Origin: an uncultured Clostridium sp.
GTDB lineage: Bacteria > Bacillota > Clostridia > Lachnospirales > Lachnospiraceae
Assembly: GCA_937902905.1 (NCBI GenBank)
Contig: CALELW010000112.1
Span: 1,909-65,908, forward strand
DNA: 64,000 nt
Reading direction: 5' to 3'
Positions 19,751 through 28,396 of this stretch are shown here, piece after piece. Both the position numbers and the translations under genes were made by a program. Below the pieces are notes generated by a model. That model was not told where the DNA came from. It did no database searches and saw nothing but the letters and a program-made list of their open reading frames with translations. Positions within the stretch are counted from its first letter, which is position 1, and every line of letters starts with the position of its first letter.

Positions 19751-20338
19751 TCATTCCTCCCTTTCGTCAATGTATGTTGCTTCCATGTCTGCTAAATGTA
19801 ACCATACCGCCAATTTCGACGCTCTATATGCCGCGTTTATATCCCGGCTTCCACCTCTAACCGCATCATCGAATGCGCCCATATGCCACCGGATAGCAAG
19901 GATTTCTTCATCGGTCAGATTTATATGCCGCTGAATAATAAACACCGACTTTTCGCCGTGTCCTGCTGGAAAAGCGTCTTTGTTATACACGTAAATTTCT
20001 TTCCCGTCCTCTGTTTTTTCTTTGTGATAGGCGTCCATTTTGCATATGTCGTGTAACAAAGCAACCGTGGCGATTGTTCCTACATCATAATCTCTTGGTG
20101 CTTCGCTTTCCATCATTCTTTCGAATACATTGATAGAGTGCTGCGCAAGTCCTCCAGCATAACTTCCGTGATACCTTCTACTTGCCGGAGCATCAAAGAA
20201 GCCACCGCTCTCCATATCCTCCAGAAGAAGTTCCGCTCCCGCACTTTTGAATATCGTTCCTTCTTGTATCACAAGAGCCGTATACAAATCAGTAAATTTC
20301 TGTTCTATTTTTGATTTCAAATCACCATTTTCTATCAT
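19751..20338 (-). CDS. HD-domain hydrolase
   Basis: APAS..YHG...GGLAQHS, LLHDICK, GHGEKS, IRWHMG, HLAD. Confidence 0.85.
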   Translation of the reverse strand: MIENGDLKSKIEQKFTDLYTALVIQEGTIFKSAGAELLLEDMESGGFFDAPASRRYHGSYAGGLAQHSINVFERMMESEAPRDYDVGTIATVALLHDICKMDAYHKEKTEDGKEIYVYNKDAFPAGHGEKSVFIIQRHINLTDEEILAIRWHMGAFDDAVRGGSRDINAAYRASKLAVWLHLADMEATYIDEREE

Positions 20339-20613
20339 TTCTTTCCCTTCCTTTCTCTCAACTGCGCCTGTGCAATCTCCGCATAGGTAAACGCCTCGCG
20401 TCTCCCATTCACGGCACACAGAGCATGATTTCTATACAGTTTCACAATCTGTGCCGGTACTCTGTGTTCAAAGCCTTTCACTCTCTCACCAATCGGTGCC
20501 GACTTATAAATATAAATCACATCTCCGGCTTTCAGCATTAACCGGGACGGCGTCAGCTGCTCCTTTGTGATATATACCTTTTCCGGTCGTTCTTCTCTAT
20601 GATTTGTTTTCAT
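20335..20613 (-). CDS. Phage hypothetical protein
   Basis: ATGA overlaps on both sides; RBS. Confidence 0.65.
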   Translation of the reverse strand: MKTNHREERPEKVYITKEQLTPSRLMLKAGDVIYIYKSAPIGERVKGFEHRVPAQIVKLYRNHALCAVNGRREAFTYAEIAQAQLRERKGKK

Positions 20614-21815
20614 CCAAAACACCTCCCGCACATTGGACAACGATTGAATCTTACTTTTCCCGACACATCCCCCATCTCTACTTTTACATTTCCTTTGTCG
20701 TCCAATAATTTTAATATAGTCAGTGTAGTTGCACCATCATCCGAAGTAATATAACCATCAGTTTCGCAAAAGCTACATAGTTGTTTTTCTTGCGCCGGCG
20801 CAACCGAATCCTTGTCCAATATCGAACTTTCGTTGTTTTCTACTGGTTCGACGTCTCCGATTTGCTCTTTTTCGGCGAATTTTGAGACATCTGTCTGTCC
20901 ATCGCACTCAGTTCTTTCCTCTGATTGCTCCGAATCAACGTTTTTTCGCTCTACGACCGGCTTTTTCGGTTTCGGTTTTGGCGGCTCTTTTTTCTGTGGC
21001 TTTGGTGGTTCTTCCTTCTGTTCCACCGGTAAAGGTGTATCGAACACTTTTTCATACCATTCTTCTGCGGATAATCCGGATGGATTTCTAATCGCTGCCG
21101 CTGACTTAATGAATTCCTCGTATGAGTATGTTTTTTTCTGCATTCCCTTTGTGATTCGCAATTCCGTGTCCTTAAAGAAATACATATACGCGCCGGCTCT
21201 TGTAAAGCCAAATCCGGTTCCTGATACCGCCATTGCAACCGCTTCGGTATCTACAGTTCCCGTGCTCATCATTCGTGTGATGTGCGGGTATAAGTTTTTG
21301 AACTTGTCAGCAAATTCTTTCTGTCCCAGTAAGGTTTTAATCGAATCCGTGAGGAAGTTGTTGTCTGTTGATTCAAACGACACTGTGGCCACAAAGTTGG
21401 ATTCTGCCTCCTGCTCTGCTGCCTGTTTTGTTTGCCTTTTCACTTCTCGGATGTCTTCGCGTTTCATCTCCGGAGAAAGTTCCTCTCTAATGTTGTCCGG
21501 AAGCGTCAGCATTTCTGACAGCTTCGCCTGACCGTAGCCGGTATATCTTTCCTGTAGTTCGATTGAGTAACCGTCTTTCGAAAACTCTCTATTGATATCC
21601 ATAAAGCGTGAGGTCTGCGACTGGTTCCAGCCATATTCCGCTTCTGCGAATTTGAAGATACTGGAGTAGCCCGCTTCGCGGAAGAGTTCAGCATCATCCG
21701 CTTTTCTCAAGATGTAACCAAGTTCGACAACGCTCTTCACTGCCTTACGCTGGCAATTGTCGATTTCCCTTTTGACATCTTCCATGTCATTTAATACTAT
21801 CGTTATCTGTTCCAT
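20610..21815 (-). CDS. Phage early protein (DUF3102-like N-terminus, Pro/Lys linker, C-terminal CxxC pairs)
   Basis: ELGYIL...AEAEYGW..SQTSRFM; CSFC...CPMC. Confidence 0.6.
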   Translation of the reverse strand: MEQITIVLNDMEDVKREIDNCQRKAVKSVVELGYILRKADDAELFREAGYSSIFKFAEAEYGWNQSQTSRFMDINREFSKDGYSIELQERYTGYGQAKLSEMLTLPDNIREELSPEMKREDIREVKRQTKQAAEQEAESNFVATVSFESTDNNFLTDSIKTLLGQKEFADKFKNLYPHITRMMSTGTVDTEAVAMAVSGTGFGFTRAGAYMYFFKDTELRITKGMQKKTYSYEEFIKSAAAIRNPSGLSAEEWYEKVFDTPLPVEQKEEPPKPQKKEPPKPKPKKPVVERKNVDSEQSEERTECDGQTDVSKFAEKEQIGDVEPVENNESSILDKDSVAPAQEKQLCSFCETDGYITSDDGATTLTILKLLDDKGNVKVEMGDVSGKVRFNRCPMCGRCFG

Positions 21816-21885
21816 TATTGCCTCCTATCCATTTGATTAAGTCAGTGAGCAGTTCAATCACTGCTGTTTTTATGTCCTGTTTCAT
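21787..21885 (-). CDS. 32-aa micro-protein MKQDIKTAVIELLTDLIKWIGGNNGTDNDSIK
   Basis: AAAGGAG RBS 5 nt before ATG; overlaps the start of the next gene. Confidence 0.5.
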   Translation of the reverse strand: MKQDIKTAVIELLTDLIKWIGGNNGTDNDSIK

Positions 21886-21963
21886 TTCTTCTCCTTTATT
21901 CCCTCCCGGCTTTTAACCGGGAGGTTTTAACATGGCTCGCCGTGATATTCAAGCCAGAGGTGC

Positions 21964-22269
21964 CTAGATGTAATTTTTTCCGAAGATTCTCATAAAATCC
22001 TCGTGGGTGCCGTGCCGACTCTCAAAGGCTTTTTGTCCTGCTGCCTTTAGAGATAAATTCACTTGATGGTTTCTATGTACTGAGTTCGCACCGTTTCGGT
22101 GGCATCGTTCACCACACAGTCTTACTTTTAAGCCGTATTGTTCCGAATGTTTTCGATTCGGTCCACCAAACACATGGTGTGTTTCCAGTCCGCAAGGGTC
22201 TGCTGTGTGATTTCTGCCGCATAAGAAGCAAAAATCCCAGTCATGCCCCAACTGCATGATTGACCTCAA
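21964..22269 (-). CDS. HNH-like zinc-binding phage protein
   Basis: CFLC...HHVFGG...LC...CH; GGAGGTG RBS before TTG. Confidence 0.65.
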   Translation of the reverse strand: MRSIMQLGHDWDFCFLCGRNHTADPCGLETHHVFGGPNRKHSEQYGLKVRLCGERCHRNGANSVHRNHQVNLSLKAAGQKAFESRHGTHEDFMRIFGKNYI

Positions 22270-23821
22270 CGTGCCCCACCTCCCTTCTGAATTTTTCCAA
22301 GAAGGCATCCACGGCCGTTACTTCTTTTCCTTCCTTGTTGTATTTCCCGTGACGCTGGATGATTTCATACTGTGGCGTAATCTCCACGGTATAAAACGGT
22401 TTTTCCGGTTGTTCTTTTTTTCGCAGAAACAAGATATAACTCTCGCCTCTTATCATCTTTCCCGCGTATCCGGCACTTCCAACGCATATATGCTGTGTCT
22501 GTCCTTCTTTTACCAGCTCCGAGTTCGTCTTTGCTGGCCGCAATACAAAATCGTCGTTCTCGTACGAAAATTTCTTTTTTATCTTCTTGTACACTTTTTG
22601 TATTGACGCATCTTTTTCTCGGGCTTCTTTTCGTTTTCTTTTTCTTTCTCTCTCATTTATCACATTCATTACCGCATCGTGCGCCGTTTTAACATCTCGC
22701 GGATACAACACAAATTCATCTGTCATGTCGCTCCCGATTTCTCTCGCCATTTTTAGATAATCCGCATAGTCATATTTGTCCTGTGAATTTAAATTATCCA
22801 AAAATGCGTACGTTTTTTTGAGTGGCATTCCCATTTCAAAAAAGTAAAATCTTATACCAGTGGTAGTCATCTTTCGGGCTATAGTTTGTATCAGCTCAGT
22901 ATCTTTTGTGCATTTCATAATCATCTGGCATTTCAAGATATACGTCTGTGTATCTTCTGCTCGGAACATTGCTTCTTTTGCTTCTTTTAAGCATTCTTTT
23001 GGTATACCGAGTATTTTCTGTGGCTTCTTTTCTTTTGCGGCAAGTTTTATCTTGCAATTGTATATAATGTCACCCACAAGACAATCCCATCCGGTTTTAT
23101 ACAGTGTTTCCAAACACGGCCAGCGATGCATTGCTTCGTACACATCCAAAAAACCGCTTATTTGAACGTAGTATCTTTTTCTATTGTTTACGACACGAAT
23201 CAGGTCTTTTCCTTTGTCTGCGAGCCATTTCAGGCTGCTGTCCTCGATAACACCTTTTATGTTTCTTCGATACACTTCCGGCTCGCCGATTCGCTCATAT
23301 CTGTGATTCTTGTTGCAATGCATTGGATTGTTTGGAGCGCGTGTCGACCAGTTGCTCTTGTTTTCCTGCCAGCCGAACATAAAGCCGTTACTTGTCCAGC
23401 GGTATTGTTCCTCGTACCAGTATTGGCGGCGTCCTTTCTCAACGGCGCCTCGAAGTGTTTCACAGTTTTCCTTCCGTTCAATTCCTTCTCCTGAAAAATG
23501 ATACACTCGCTCGATAAACCGTACCATCATGCCGTTTTTTATCTTTTGAATGTAAACAAATTTTCTCGATATTTCCTGCAGCATCATCTTTTTTGTTTTT
23601 GCCACCGCTCGCTTCTTACAAGCCGGGCACGTGTATGTATTACCGATTCGCAGTTTTTTATAACTTGATACCGCTCCGCAGCCGGTACACTTTCCAACCG
23701 TTTTTCCTGCTTCGTAAATAATGAAGCGCGGCATCCGTCTATCCATCCAGTCGATAAAGGCTTCAGGGAGAGGTACGGCTTGGCTATTGATCCGCTCAAT
23801 TCTATCCTTTTTCCCTGTCAT
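22241..23821 (-). CDS. PcfJ-domain protein
   Basis: C-terminal ELVKEG...HICVG...Y...ILFLRK...PFYTVEI; N-terminal CxxC pairs. Confidence 0.8.
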   Translation of the reverse strand: MTGKKDRIERINSQAVPLPEAFIDWMDRRMPRFIIYEAGKTVGKCTGCGAVSSYKKLRIGNTYTCPACKKRAVAKTKKMMLQEISRKFVYIQKIKNGMMVRFIERVYHFSGEGIERKENCETLRGAVEKGRRQYWYEEQYRWTSNGFMFGWQENKSNWSTRAPNNPMHCNKNHRYERIGEPEVYRRNIKGVIEDSSLKWLADKGKDLIRVVNNRKRYYVQISGFLDVYEAMHRWPCLETLYKTGWDCLVGDIIYNCKIKLAAKEKKPQKILGIPKECLKEAKEAMFRAEDTQTYILKCQMIMKCTKDTELIQTIARKMTTTGIRFYFFEMGMPLKKTYAFLDNLNSQDKYDYADYLKMAREIGSDMTDEFVLYPRDVKTAHDAVMNVINERERKRKRKEAREKDASIQKVYKKIKKKFSYENDDFVLRPAKTNSELVKEGQTQHICVGSAGYAGKMIRGESYILFLRKKEQPEKPFYTVEITPQYEIIQRHGKYNKEGKEVTAVDAFLEKFRREVGHVEVNHAVGA

Positions 23822-23823
23822 GA

Positions 23824-24306
23824 TTAAGCCTCCTGATAATACTTCTTGATAATCTGATACCCCTGCATCGGTCCGCAGTAGTTACACGTTCCGCCGCCTC
23901 CCGGTATCATAACTTTGTGTTTTTTTGACTCCTCTGCCACCAACATGGCCGCTTTTTTAATTCGCTTTCCTTTCTTTCTGACCGCCCTCGCGAACACCTC
24001 GTCATCACAATTTCCCATCAAATAGCCGACTACATCAGCCGCCAAAAAATTCCAGTTAGATGCCTCTTTCTGCTCGACTTTTAACTTTCCGATGGCGGCG
24101 GAGATTGGGTCGCATAACCACACTTCCCCGGATGTGATGTCATCAGGTGTCTGTGTAAGATAAATCTCTAACATATCCTCCAGTCCGTTTTCTTTTGCGA
24201 GAGTGTGAAGGCTTTTGGTGTCGCCCTCTTCGTACAAGCCTTGTGCTGCCATGTTAATCTCTTCGCATGAGTCAAATTCTCCAAATTTTTCAAACATAGT
24301 TATCAC
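23824..24306 (-). CDS. PcfK-like protein
   Basis: Directly upstream of PcfJ; C-terminal D.VFARAV.K.GK.I...IIKKYY pattern. Confidence 0.55.
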   Translation of the reverse strand: MITMFEKFGEFDSCEEINMAAQGLYEEGDTKSLHTLAKENGLEDMLEIYLTQTPDDITSGEVWLCDPISAAIGKLKVEQKEASNWNFLAADVVGYLMGNCDDEVFARAVRKKGKRIKKAAMLVAEESKKHKVMIPGGGGTCNYCGPMQGYQIIKKYYQEA

Positions 24307-24722
24307 TCCTTGTCTGTTTTTGTTCGATAGCCGCCTTTTGAAATCTGCCTCAAAAGGTACTTTCTGTATTTATGTTCCTTGTTAAAAATCACGGTGACCT
24401 TTTCCATTCGTGACGTCATAGTAAAATACTCTCGCCACATCTTTTCATGTTTCTTTCCGTCCGCTGTTCCGGAGTTTGCCACATTGACGGCGTAGGGCGA
24501 ATCACATTGAATCACTAATTGACTTGGTTCATTCATGTAGTGCACCGCTTCCACCAGTGCTCGCACCGCCAATTTTTGAAAGGACAGCTCTTTCCACGCC
24601 GACACGTGGATTTTGCGATACGCTTTTCCACTAATTACCGCCTCCAGTAATATGGCATATGTGCCGGTGCCGCATGGGATTTTTCCGTGAAATTTTGTTG
24701 TTATGTAGATATTTACTTTCAC
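24303..24722 (-). CDS. RNase H-fold protein, degenerate active site
   Basis: VNIYIT...G.G.YAILLE...ALVEAV...VIQCDSPY. Confidence 0.55.
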   Translation of the reverse strand: MKVNIYITTKFHGKIPCGTGTYAILLEAVISGKAYRKIHVSAWKELSFQKLAVRALVEAVHYMNEPSQLVIQCDSPYAVNVANSGTADGKKHEKMWREYFTMTSRMEKVTVIFNKEHKYRKYLLRQISKGGYRTKTDKE

Positions 24723-25456
24723 GGGCTCCCCCTCCTTCCGTCGTTTTCCACTAGGATATACCGCATGAATCCCCATCCCGTCAGTTCCGAGATACCGGCG
24801 TACACGGTACCTTTATCAATCCAGTACCCGCTTTTTTCTCGTGGCTCCTGACGGAAGCAGTTTCGGTTTGTAATGATTCGCTTCCTTGTCTCCGGACGGC
24901 GTAGGTTTGCGCTGTGTGTCCATGCGCGACCTTTTCCACCGTTCCGCTTGAATTGCAGCTTATATTTTGCGAAGTATTCCGCAAGCCGTGAGTATTGTCC
25001 GGTATCATCTAATGGACGAATATCAATCCTGCCTTTTTTCCACTGCAAGCGAATCCAGTCTGTGGGAACTTGATTCATCACCATGTGATGATGAAGAGCT
25101 CCTCGCTTTCCGATTTCCGTCACGAGGATATACTTAAATACTTCGTTTTCTTTCTTCATGCGCCGGCGCAACTGGCGAAGGAATCGTTCTCTATCTGTTT
25201 TCGCTCCGTTCAAATCTTCCGGACGTTCATCCGGCGCATAAGTAAGTGTCACGTGGTAATCTCCCGGTTGAAAATTCTCATTCATCAGGATGGTTAATTC
25301 TGTGATTGTTTTCCGCAGGTTGACTTTTTCCTGCGCCGAGCTTGTTTTTTTCTCTTTTTTCTCTCTTTTCTCTCCCGGCGGGTGAATATGTGATGAATAG
25401 CAACGTTCAATCAACACTGTCCGCCCTGCCTTTGTTGTCTTTTCAATATACGGCAT
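24719..25456 (-). CDS. HUH-superfamily rolling-circle replication initiator-like protein
   Basis: Motif I HVTLTY, motif II LHHHMV, motif III LAEYFAKY in canonical order. Confidence 0.75.
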   Translation of the reverse strand: MPYIEKTTKAGRTVLIERCYSSHIHPPGEKREKKEKKTSSAQEKVNLRKTITELTILMNENFQPGDYHVTLTYAPDERPEDLNGAKTDRERFLRQLRRRMKKENEVFKYILVTEIGKRGALHHHMVMNQVPTDWIRLQWKKGRIDIRPLDDTGQYSRLAEYFAKYKLQFKRNGGKGRAWTHSANLRRPETRKRIITNRNCFRQEPREKSGYWIDKGTVYAGISELTGWGFMRYILVENDGRRGSP

Positions 25457-25565
25457 TAACCGCACCTCCGTGGTTCTGAAAATAATACCTTGAGCAAGTG
25501 TGAAAAACGGCTCAAAATGTCCGTTTTCTCTTGCTTTTTTGGTGCGAAAATGGTATACTAATTAT

Positions 25566-25628
25566 GTTAGATTTTTGTATACCATTTTCTTGAAAGTGGC
25601 TGGCTTAATTGCCGGCCGCTTTCTTTTT
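25566..25628 (+). ncRNA. Predicted ~60-nt antisense RNA to the rep leader
   Basis: TTGCTT-N17-TATACT with extended TG (25531-25559), then GC stem 25593-25622 plus T-run. Confidence 0.5.
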
Positions 25629-25764
25629 GTCGTTTGCCAGCCGGCAGTCGACTTTCTGGCCGCAGCGGCTACACCGCTCTTGTGGTGTCACCGACCAGTA
25701 TGTATGCCCGTTCGGGCACGTGCATATGAAGAACGGAAACGTAATCGGTGTTCCGTCCGAATAA

Positions 25765-25992
25765 TCATTTTGTTTCATTGAAGTCCCTCATTATCCGCAA
25801 GTGCTCCGCCATCTCCTTCAACTTTTTACGATTTTTTGTAAAAACTTTGTTCTGGTAGACTTGTACACCTTTATTTTCTACTGTCACACAGATACAGTCC
25901 GTGTTGCCGTGATAACACACGAACGCGGTTATATTTTTCTTTCTGTTCAAACAAATTGCATTCCAAAAAATTTTCCCAAGAATCACTTTCAT
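25765..25992 (-). CDS. Phage hypothetical protein
   Basis: GGAGG RBS before MKVILG. Confidence 0.6.
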   Translation of the reverse strand: MKVILGKIFWNAICLNRKKNITAFVCYHGNTDCICVTVENKGVQVYQNKVFTKNRKKLKEMAEHLRIMRDFNETK

Positions 25993-25997
25993 ATCTT

Positions 25998-26174
25998 TTA
26001 CCTCCATATCTTTCTGTTGGCTGCAACAAATAACGCAAGCCATATTGTCGACGTTACAAATACGATAATCTCCTGCATCCGAAGACTATGGACCTCACGC
26101 GCCGTGATAATCCACGCCATCATTGCGGCCACTGTTATCGCCTGAATGAATTTCTCTTTTCTTTTTCGTTTCAC
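25998..26174 (-). CDS. 58-aa predicted membrane protein
   Basis: AAGGAGG RBS, GTG start, basic N-terminus plus two hydrophobic stretches (manual translation). Confidence 0.55.
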   Translation of the reverse strand: MKRKRKEKFIQAITVAAMMAWIITAREVHSLRMQEIIVFVTSTIWLALFVAANRKIWR

Positions 26175-26201
26175 TATGTCGCCCTCCTTTCTTTTTTGTA
26201 A

Positions 26202-26274
26202 TGGAACGTCGGGGAATCGAACCCCGGACTTTCCGCTTATGAGGCGGCTGTTCTCACCACTGAACTAACGTTCC
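26202..26274 (-). tRNA. Prophage tRNA with CAT anticodon (Ile2/lysidine type or Met)
   Basis: GGAACGT/ACGTTCC acceptor, GTTC/GAAC D-stem, CTCATAA loop, CGGGG-TTCGATT-CCCCG T-arm. Confidence 0.88.
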
Positions 26275-26289
26275 TTTTCGGCTAGTGCC

Positions 26290-26628
26290 CTATTTTCTTT
26301 CCTTGTCGAGAAGCCAGTAAAACTTCCGGCGGTATTTATAGTACGTGTTTCTGTCGCATGGGATACCGAACACACTTCTCAACGTCGTATACGTCATGTC
26401 TTTCCATATGACACCGGCGCGGATATACTCCGCCAGCCCCTCCTCTGCCATCAGACAAAGGATGTCGATTTCGTCCATCTTTCTCCGGAGGTTTTCCAGT
26501 TCCTCCGGAGATTTTTTCCCGGCCAAGTACGCCTTTTCCCATTCCGGGTATTGTAGTACGTAGTAATACAGTTCCCGAAAACGGAATTCACTGATTCCGT
26601 ATTGTTTTGGAAGTTTTTTTCGTGGCAC
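26290..26628 (-). CDS. Putative ArpU/RinA-like late transcriptional regulator
   Basis: YGISEFRFRELYYYVLQYPEW...IPCDRNTYYKYRRKFYWLL C-terminal HTH-like pattern. Confidence 0.5.
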   Translation of the reverse strand: MPRKKLPKQYGISEFRFRELYYYVLQYPEWEKAYLAGKKSPEELENLRRKMDEIDILCLMAEEGLAEYIRAGVIWKDMTYTTLRSVFGIPCDRNTYYKYRRKFYWLLDKERK

Positions 26629-26629
26629 G

Positions 26630-27076
26630 CTACCCCTTCCTTTCTTCGCTAACAAACATTTTTTCAAGCATCCCCTCTTTGAATCCTTTTAATGTTTCAA
26701 TCTCTTTTTGTTCTGCTCTTTCTGCTTTTTCTATAGTCATCAATACCTCAATGATTTGTTTCTGTTGTTCCATCGTTGGCACGTTTATCTTTAAGAACTT
26801 AACCGCCTCGTATTTCAAATTAATTCCTGACTTGTATTTTGCTAAAAACTCCGGCATTGCGTTTTGAAGTGCAAAGTACAAATATCTCGGAAGCACATTA
26901 CTCCACGGTGAAAATGCTACATATCCCGTTTTTCCTGCCTCTTCAACCTCTGCATATAAAACAGTTCCGTCATTTGCCGACAGTCTTATCAAACTCGTTC
27001 CCGGCGGAATCTTTTGACCGTCAGCAACTCTATACACTTCCGCAATCTCTCCTATTTTTTTGCAATTAATTAGCAC
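26630..27076 (-). CDS. Half-size type I R-M specificity (HsdS-like) subunit
   Basis: PRYLYFAL and P..EQQKQI...LK..K.GMLEKMF conserved helix; coupled to the MTase gene. Confidence 0.7.
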   Translation of the reverse strand: MLINCKKIGEIAEVYRVADGQKIPPGTSLIRLSANDGTVLYAEVEEAGKTGYVAFSPWSNVLPRYLYFALQNAMPEFLAKYKSGINLKYEAVKFLKINVPTMEQQKQIIEVLMTIEKAERAEQKEIETLKGFKEGMLEKMFVSEERKG

Positions 27077-28329
27077 GAATCATCAACTTCCTTTTTGTAT
27101 TTGTCATCCATCCAGTTTTTGTATTCTTCTATTGCGTTTTTTAACGCTCTGTCACTTTCCTGTGTCGTTCCAGTCATTTCAAGCATCATATCAAGCAGTT
27201 TCTTTTCGTTGTCATGTATCTCTTTATCTATCCGGTGGAGATTTTCCAATACCTCAACAATGTCCGGTGCAGCTTCCGGGATAAATGTGTCTACATATCT
27301 TGGTATGTTTAGGTTGTAGTCGTTTTCCTCAACTTCCTGCATAGTCGCCACTGCAGAATATCGCTGAACGTATTTTCTTTTCAGATAAACATCTAACACT
27401 TTTTTTATATGTTCCTCATTCATGACGTTCTGCTTGCCATGCTTATCAAAATACTTTGAGGCATCAACAAAGAGGATGTCTCTGCTGTCTTCCTTTAATG
27501 CCATAATGCAAACCGGTATCCCTGTATTCATAAAAAGATTGTTCGGCAATCCTACAATGGTATTCATGTACCCGGCTTCGATAATGCCTCTCCGTATGGT
27601 CTGTTCTTTTCCGCCTCGGAATAAAACACCATGCGGCACGATTGCCACCAGTATGCCTCCGGTTTTTAATCTGCTTAAGCCGTGCATAATAAAGGCATAA
27701 TCCGAGTACTGTTTTGGTGTGATTCCAAAGCGAAACCTTTTGTCGCTTTGGAAGTCGTCCACCTCTCCCCATCGCAGAGAATACGGTGGATTTGTTACAA
27801 CAACGTCGTAATATGTATTACGTGGCGATTCTGCCTTGCTTATTGTGCTGAACTTCGGTCCCGGTTCCAAATTGTATATCTCAAAAATCCTTCCCGATAG
27901 ACAATCGCACTGCACAACTTCCGCGCTCATGTTTCGTATCATTAAATTTAATAGCAATATAGGTATTGCTCTTGACGAAAACTCTTCGCAGTGGAAAAAC
28001 GCATCCGGATTTTCTAACCACATCTTTATCGTTAGACTGCCAGTTCCGGCACATATATCTGCTACCGTTCCGGCCGTTCCTGCCATTTCCGACGCCAGTG
28101 CGGCCACACAGTCAGGTGTGTAGTCCTGCTTTAATTCTTTTCTGTCTCCGTGTTCTTCTTGGTAATAATCCAAAAAGAAATCCTCTTTCATGTCCGGTGA
28201 GATTTTTGTTATCTCGTTAAAACATCGCATTCGTGCTTTTTCGTCCATGAGAATCTCCATCACTCTGTCCGGCATTTCATAACTTTCCGTAATACCAAAC
28301 AGCTCATTGATTGTGTTTCGTTCAAGCAC
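27070..28329 (-). CDS. Type I HsdM-like amino-methyltransferase
   Basis: QDYTP, DICAGTGSL (motif I), NPPY (motif IV), PHGVLFRG, LP.NLF.NTGIP, YNLNIPRYVD. Confidence 0.9.
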   Translation of the reverse strand: MLERNTINELFGITESYEMPDRVMEILMDEKARMRCFNEITKISPDMKEDFFLDYYQEEHGDRKELKQDYTPDCVAALASEMAGTAGTVADICAGTGSLTIKMWLENPDAFFHCEEFSSRAIPILLLNLMIRNMSAEVVQCDCLSGRIFEIYNLEPGPKFSTISKAESPRNTYYDVVVTNPPYSLRWGEVDDFQSDKRFRFGITPKQYSDYAFIMHGLSRLKTGGILVAIVPHGVLFRGGKEQTIRRGIIEAGYMNTIVGLPNNLFMNTGIPVCIMALKEDSRDILFVDASKYFDKHGKQNVMNEEHIKKVLDVYLKRKYVQRYSAVATMQEVEENDYNLNIPRYVDTFIPEAAPDIVEVLENLHRIDKEIHDNEKKLLDMMLEMTGTTQESDRALKNAIEEYKNWMDDKYKKEVDDSC

Positions 28330-28396
28330 TTCTTTTCATCACCTCCTCATTGATAAAAGCGCAACTTTCCACAGTTGCTTTTTGGTATTGCAACGC

